DNA from: Trueperaceae bacterium
GTDB taxonomy: Bacteria > Deinococcota > Deinococci > Deinococcales > Trueperaceae
Direction of reading: 5' to 3'
Assembly: GCA_965214405.1 (NCBI GenBank)
Contig: OZ243956.1
Span: 3,456,001 to 3,520,000, forward strand
DNA: 64,000 nt
Each line of letters starts with the position of its first letter. Within the stretch, counting starts at the first letter, position 1. This document shows positions 58,552-64,000 of this stretch, piece by piece. Both the position numbers and the translations under genes were made by a program. The notes under the pieces were generated by a model. It worked only from the letters and a program-made list of their open reading frames with translations, was not told the origin of the DNA and did no database searches.

Positions 58552-59607
58552 TTGCGTACAGATACCGGCACAGATACTGCCACAGCGTCTCCCAAACGTT
58601 CCAACGGTCGCCGCGCCCTGGAAATTCTTACCGGGGCCTGGTCGTGGCTCTTTTTGCTGCTCATTCTCCTGCTTTTTGAGGTGTGGGCTCGAGCCGCCTT
58701 CGGCACCACCTTTCTGGGGCGCGTCCGCAACGTGCAGAGCATCCTGCTCGCCGCGACGCAGATTTTGCTCATGGCGCTGGGCCTCACGCTGGTGATTATT
58801 TCGGCGGGCATCGACCTTTCCATCGGTTTTATCGCGGGGCTGTCGGCGGTCACGATGGCCGTGACCATCCGCGCGCTCGACGCCCACATGGCCCCGCTGC
58901 CGTCTTTTTTGATAGGGACTTCTGCGGGAGCCCTCAGCGCCGTCATACCGGGGCTTATCAACGGCTGGATGGTCGCGCGGCTCAAAGTGCCCTCATTTAT
59001 CGGCACGCTGGGGATGTACGGCATTGCGCGGGGCGCGGCCTTTTTGGTGGCGGGCGGGGCGACGGTGGCGATTCGTAACGGCGCGGCTCGAGAGTTTGGC
59101 AATGGGCGCGTCTTTTTTGAGTGGGTGCCCATCCCGGTGCTCGTGGCGGGGGTGGTGGCGCTTATCTTTCACTATGTGCTCTCGAGCACCCGCTTCGGGC
59201 TTTACACCTACGCGATGGGCGGCAACTACGCGGCGGCGGTGCGCGCGGGCGTCAACACGACGCGCCACACGCTTATCTTATTTGTCCTTTCAGCCCTCAC
59301 CGCGGGGCTAGCGGGCCTCGTCTACACGGGCCGCTTTTCGGCGGGCGCGGCGGACGCGGGTGAACCCACGCTCCTTTACGCGGTGGCGGCGGTGTTTATC
59401 GGCGGCGCGAGTCTCACGGGCGGGAGCGGCACCATTACGGGCACGGTGATTGGTTCGCTTATCATCGCGGTGATCCAGTTCGGCTTGGTCTTTATCAACG
59501 TGCCGCCCTACTGGCAATTTGTGGCGGTTGGTTTGGTCATTATCATCGCGGTTCTCATCGACCAGTCGCGCGACCGGCTCATCGGCGGGGTGCGGGGGGA
59601 GGGATGA
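58552..59607 (+). CDS. Sugar ABC permease (RbsC-like)
   Basis: GIDLSIG, PSFIGTLG, GGN..AA.RAGV, IGGASL.GG.G; AAGGAG RBS before TTG 58552. Confidence 0.9.
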   Translation: MRTDTGTDTATASPKRSNGRRALEILTGAWSWLFLLLILLLFEVWARAAFGTTFLGRVRNVQSILLAATQILLMALGLTLVIISAGIDLSIGFIAGLSAVTMAVTIRALDAHMAPLPSFLIGTSAGALSAVIPGLINGWMVARLKVPSFIGTLGMYGIARGAAFLVAGGATVAIRNGAAREFGNGRVFFEWVPIPVLVAGVVALIFHYVLSSTRFGLYTYAMGGNYAAAVRAGVNTTRHTLILFVLSALTAGLAGLVYTGRFSAGAADAGEPTLLYAVAAVFIGGASLTGGSGTITGTVIGSLIIAVIQFGLVFINVPPYWQFVAVGLVIIIAVLIDQSRDRLIGGVRGEG

Positions 59608-60341
59608 CGCCCTTGCTCGAGGTTAAAAACGTCTCCAAAAGTTTTGGCGGCACGCAGGCGTCTAGGGGGGTGACGCTCGAGCTTCTGCCCGGCGAGGTGC
59701 TGGCTTTGGCGGGCGATAACGGCGCGGGCAAATCAACGCTCATCAAGATGATTTCGGGCGTCCACCAACCCGACTCGGGCGAAGTTCTCTACCAGGGGCA
59801 GGCCGTGACGGGCAAAAATCCGCAGGAGATGCGCGAGTTGGGTGTCGAGACCATCTATCAAGACCTGGCGCTGGCTGAAAATTTAGATGTGGGCATCAAT
59901 ATCTTTTTGGGCCGCGAGAAGATGAAGCGGCTTTTCGGGTTTCTCCCCGTGCTCGACCGCAAGTGGATGCGCGAGGAGGCGCGGGGGGCTTTGGAGAGTC
60001 TGGGCATCACCCTGGGCGACCTTGGCTTGCCCGTGCGCTACCTATCGGGCGGGCAGCGGCAGGCGATTGCCATCTCGAGGGCGGTCTACTGGCAGGCCAA
60101 GGTCTTGATTATGGACGAGCCTACCGCCGCGCTGGGCGTGCCCGAACAGCGCGAGGTCAAAGACCTCATCCAGCGGCTTAAGGGGCAGGGCGTTGGGATT
60201 ATCTTTATTTCGCACAACCTTGGCGATATTTTTGAGGTGGCGGACCGTATCGTTGTTTTGGAGCGCGGGCGCAAGGCGGGGGAGAGGCTGGTGGGCGAAA
60301 CGGATGAGGATGACGTGGTGAAGTTGATGATGGGGGGCTGA
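59604..60341 (+). CDS. Sugar ABC ATP-binding protein
   Basis: GDNGAGKS, LSGGQRQ, MDEPTAALG. Confidence 0.93.
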   Translation: MTPLLEVKNVSKSFGGTQASRGVTLELLPGEVLALAGDNGAGKSTLIKMISGVHQPDSGEVLYQGQAVTGKNPQEMRELGVETIYQDLALAENLDVGINIFLGREKMKRLFGFLPVLDRKWMREEARGALESLGITLGDLGLPVRYLSGGQRQAIAISRAVYWQAKVLIMDEPTAALGVPEQREVKDLIQRLKGQGVGIIFISHNLGDIFEVADRIVVLERGRKAGERLVGETDEDDVVKLMMGG

Positions 60342-60465
60342 ATGCAGTGCCGCTCCGCTGGGTGTCCGCTAAAACCACGCTTCTATGGCTTATAGGTAAG
60401 GTGCTACTCGTTCTTCAGATTAGCTCGTTTCATCAGCTTCACCACAAGATGCTATATTTCTGGGC

Positions 60466-60741
60466 ATGAAACGCGTGACTGTAACGGTTACTGACGAACT
60501 CGAGCGTGACTTGAACGCTTATTTGTCGGAGCAGGACACGCCGCCCTCGCTGACGACCGTGATGCAGGTGGCGCTACGTGACTTTTTGCAGGCGCAACGC
60601 CTGCGCGAGCGGGAGTACCGCCCTGCGGGGGGACCGTTGAGGATTACTCCTGCGGAAAAGGGAAGCGGGAAATCCGATGTTAGCATCAATCATGATAAAT
60701 ATTTTGCTAATGAAGAAATCGCTGGTCGAGTTGGTAGTTAG
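60466..60741 (+). CDS. RHH/CopG-type antitoxin-like protein
   Basis: MKRVTVTV..EL RHH start; GSGKSDVS.NHDKY tail typical of PIN-associated antitoxins. Confidence 0.7.
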   Translation: MKRVTVTVTDELERDLNAYLSEQDTPPSLTTVMQVALRDFLQAQRLREREYRPAGGPLRITPAEKGSGKSDVSINHDKYFANEEIAGRVGS

Positions 60742-60743
60742 AA

Positions 60744-61406
60744 ATGAATGGTTCTGATACAACACGGTTGTGGTCGGAGCTCATCGACTGGTACCGCGAC
60801 CACCTGCCCGAACTGCTCGACACGCTGAGCTCTGGCATAGATGAGCAAGCCCTGGACGCGTTTGACGAAGAACTACAGGGAGAGATTGGGCGGGGTTTTC
60901 CTCAAGCGTTCCGCGATATCTACTTACAGAACGACGGTCGGGAAATATGCGCGCTATGCGGTGTGTTTTTTGGTCTTAGCTTTATGAGTTTGAGTGAGGC
61001 TCATTATGTCTGGCAAGGTTTACGCGACTATGCCCGCCAGGACCCAACTATAACTACCGATCCAGAGGGTGAGGTTTACCCGCCCAACGCCATCAGACCC
61101 GAATATGTCAACAACGGACGTGTCCCCTTCGCGCACGACGGGAGCGGCAGCTATTTGGCCGTTGACCTTCTGCCCGGACCAGAAGGACAAATAGGACAAG
61201 TTATAAACTTTGCGGACACCTTTGAAAAGTACGTTGTTGCTCCCTCACTCGACGCCTTTCTCGTTTGGCTTTTGTCGCAGTACCATGCGGGCAACTACCG
61301 CATCGTTACGCACAACATTGACGGTGAAGCCGAGCGCAACATACAGATTCATGAGCCCTCGAGGGAGGATTTCTTAGATGCGGTTCCTCTTCTTTTCGGA
61401 TCTTGA
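60744..61406 (+). CDS. SMI1/KNR4 (SUKH) family protein
   Basis: FP..FR..Y..NDG, PFAHDGSG.YLAVDL.PG..G..GQVI.F, VVA.SL..FL. Confidence 0.88.
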   Translation: MNGSDTTRLWSELIDWYRDHLPELLDTLSSGIDEQALDAFDEELQGEIGRGFPQAFRDIYLQNDGREICALCGVFFGLSFMSLSEAHYVWQGLRDYARQDPTITTDPEGEVYPPNAIRPEYVNNGRVPFAHDGSGSYLAVDLLPGPEGQIGQVINFADTFEKYVVAPSLDAFLVWLLSQYHAGNYRIVTHNIDGEAERNIQIHEPSREDFLDAVPLLFGS

Positions 61407-61414
61407 CTCTCACC

Positions 61415-62160
<746 letters not shown>

Positions 62161-62164
<4 letters not shown>

Positions 62165-64000
62165 GCGGCGTCCGCGCCCAGGTAAGCCTCGAGCACCGCC
62201 TTGTTGCGTCGCACCTCGCCCGGCGTCCCCTCAGCAAGCTTCGTCCCGTAGTTCACCACCACAATGCGCTCGGCCAGGGCCATCACCACGTCCATGTCGT
62301 GCTCGACCAATAAAATCGTCACGCCCTCGGCCTGGAGCTTGCGTACGAGCGCCATCAGCTCGCCCTTTTCGCCCTTGCGCAAACCCGCGGCGGGTTCGTC
62401 CAAAAGCAAGAGGACGGGGTCGGCCATGAGCGCGCGTGCCACCTCCAAAAGGCGCTGTTTGCCAAGCGGCAGGCTGTCGGCGGGGGAAAAGGCGTCTTCC
62501 GCCAAGCCGACGCGCTCGAGCTGCCGCATCGCCTCCGCGCGGGTGCGGGCGTTTTCTCGGCGCTCTAAACCCAACATCCCCGCAAAAACCCCGCTGCGGG
62601 TGCGGGTGTAAGCGCCCAAGGCGACGTTCTCGAGCAGGCTCATCGTGCCAATCAGGTTGAGGTGCTGAAACGTCCGCGCCAGCCCCCGCCGCGCGATGCG
62701 GTGGGGCGGTCTCCCGCCAATAGCCTCGCCCGCAAACCGAACCTCCCCCGAGGTGGGCGAGAGCACCCCTGTAACGAGGTTAAAAAGCGTGGTCTTGCCC
62801 GCCCCGTTGGGTCCGATGAGGCCCAGAATCTCGCCCGGCTGAACGGTGAAAGAGAGGTCATCCACCGCCTTGAGGCCGCCGAAAGACTTGGAGACGTGAG
62901 AGAGCTCGAGCAGCGCCCCCGTCACCTTGGGTTTGGCTCGAGGCGGCAACGGCGGCGCGTCCGTCCGCACCGGCTCGGGCGGCGCGGGGGGCAAAAGCCC
63001 GCTCAGGAGCGGCAGGAGCCCGCGCCGCGCGCCCTGCAACACGATGATGAGGATGAAGCCGAACGCGATGATTTCGTAGTTCCCGCTACGCCCCAATAAG
63101 AGCGGCAGGTACTCCTGCAACGCCTCCCCCGCGACCACGAAGAGCGCCGCGCCAAAAACCGCCCCCCAGAGCGAACCGAGCCCCCCCACCACCGCCATAA
63201 TCAAGTAGTCAATCGAGGCTCCCAGCCCCGCAATCCTCGGGTCCAAAAAGAGTTCGCGGAATGCGAAAAGCCCCCCCGCGAGCGCCGCATAGGCCGCCGC
63301 AAGCAAAAACGTCGTCATCTTGAGCCGTCCTACATCCACCCCAAACGACGCCGCCGCCACGCCGCCCGTCCGCAAGGCTTTGATGGCCCGCCCCATCCTC
63401 GAGCGCATCAGATTCAAGGAAAGCAGCAGCACGAGCAGCACGCAGGCCCAGACGAGGTAGTAGTACACGCGCTCCCCGCGCAGCTCAAACCCGAACACGC
63501 TCAAGGGCGGAAAACGGTTGCCCGTCGCGCTCCCGAAGCCTGTGTTCCCGCCCGTCACGGGTATCCAGTTTTGCAGCACGCCCGTGATGATGAGCCCCCA
63601 CGCGAGCGTGGCGAGCGCCAGAAAGTGCCCTTTGAGCCGCAGCGTCACGAGCCCGATGAGCCAAGCAATACCGACGGACAGGAGGATGCCCGCGACGATG
63701 CCCAGCCAGGGGTTTAGACCGTAGCGGCTCGAGAGAATCGCCGCCGCGTACGCCCCCGTCCCCACAAACGCCGCCTGCCCCAGTGACGCCAGCCCCGCAT
63801 AGCCCGTGAGCAGCACCAGCCCCATCACCACCAAGCTGTACATCCCGATGAGATTGAGGAGCCGTAAATAGAAGCCTGAGAGGACGAACGGCGCTATGGC
63901 GACAAACAGCAAGAAGAGCGAGAGCAGGCTCGTGCGCCACGGAAAACGTGCTTGTGTAGAAGTCGTGACGGATTCGGATGTTACTTTAGGCGCGGCCTTG
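62161..64000 (-). CDS. LivM-LivG fusion (permease plus ATPase), 5' end outside the window
   Basis: GYAGLASLGQAAF permease part, GPNGAGKTT, RTFQ, DEPAAG; frame open to the window edge. Confidence 0.9.

Overview
A GC-rich (about 63% by eye) chromosomal segment, most likely from a Deinococcota bacterium (Trueperaceae/Truepera-like). The assignment is inferred from DdrA-like, UvsE and Uma2 genes, Deinococcus-type HTH and beta-barrel proteins, and pervasive leaderless TANNNT-N6/7-start promoters. Housekeeping and metabolic genes include yebC, nnrE, rel, an Lpt-like trio, an M16 peptidase pair, dpp, ade/guaD, rsmD, MATE, and sugar and liv ABC transporters. Small accessory islets lie between them: two IS5-family elements inserted at CTAG, a stand-alone OLD-type ATPase-TOPRIM, an HNH nuclease, a Doc/AbrB TA module, three antitoxins whose toxins were lost, and a 1405-aa surface lipoprotein with 7x171-bp propeller repeats. 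The most notable items are: (1) a uvsE <- -> lexA-hyp-ddrA/Rad52-Zn-ribbon-Zn-finger cassette with a palindromic operator candidate and repeated C-terminal Ala-Ala degron-like tails; (2) a circularly permuted CcdA; (3) a HemC that has lost its catalytic motifs; (4) strong over-representation of the palindrome CTCGAG; (5) a stand-alone structured ncRNA candidate at about 53.1-53.26 kb. All product calls come from motif recognition by eye; no database searches were run.
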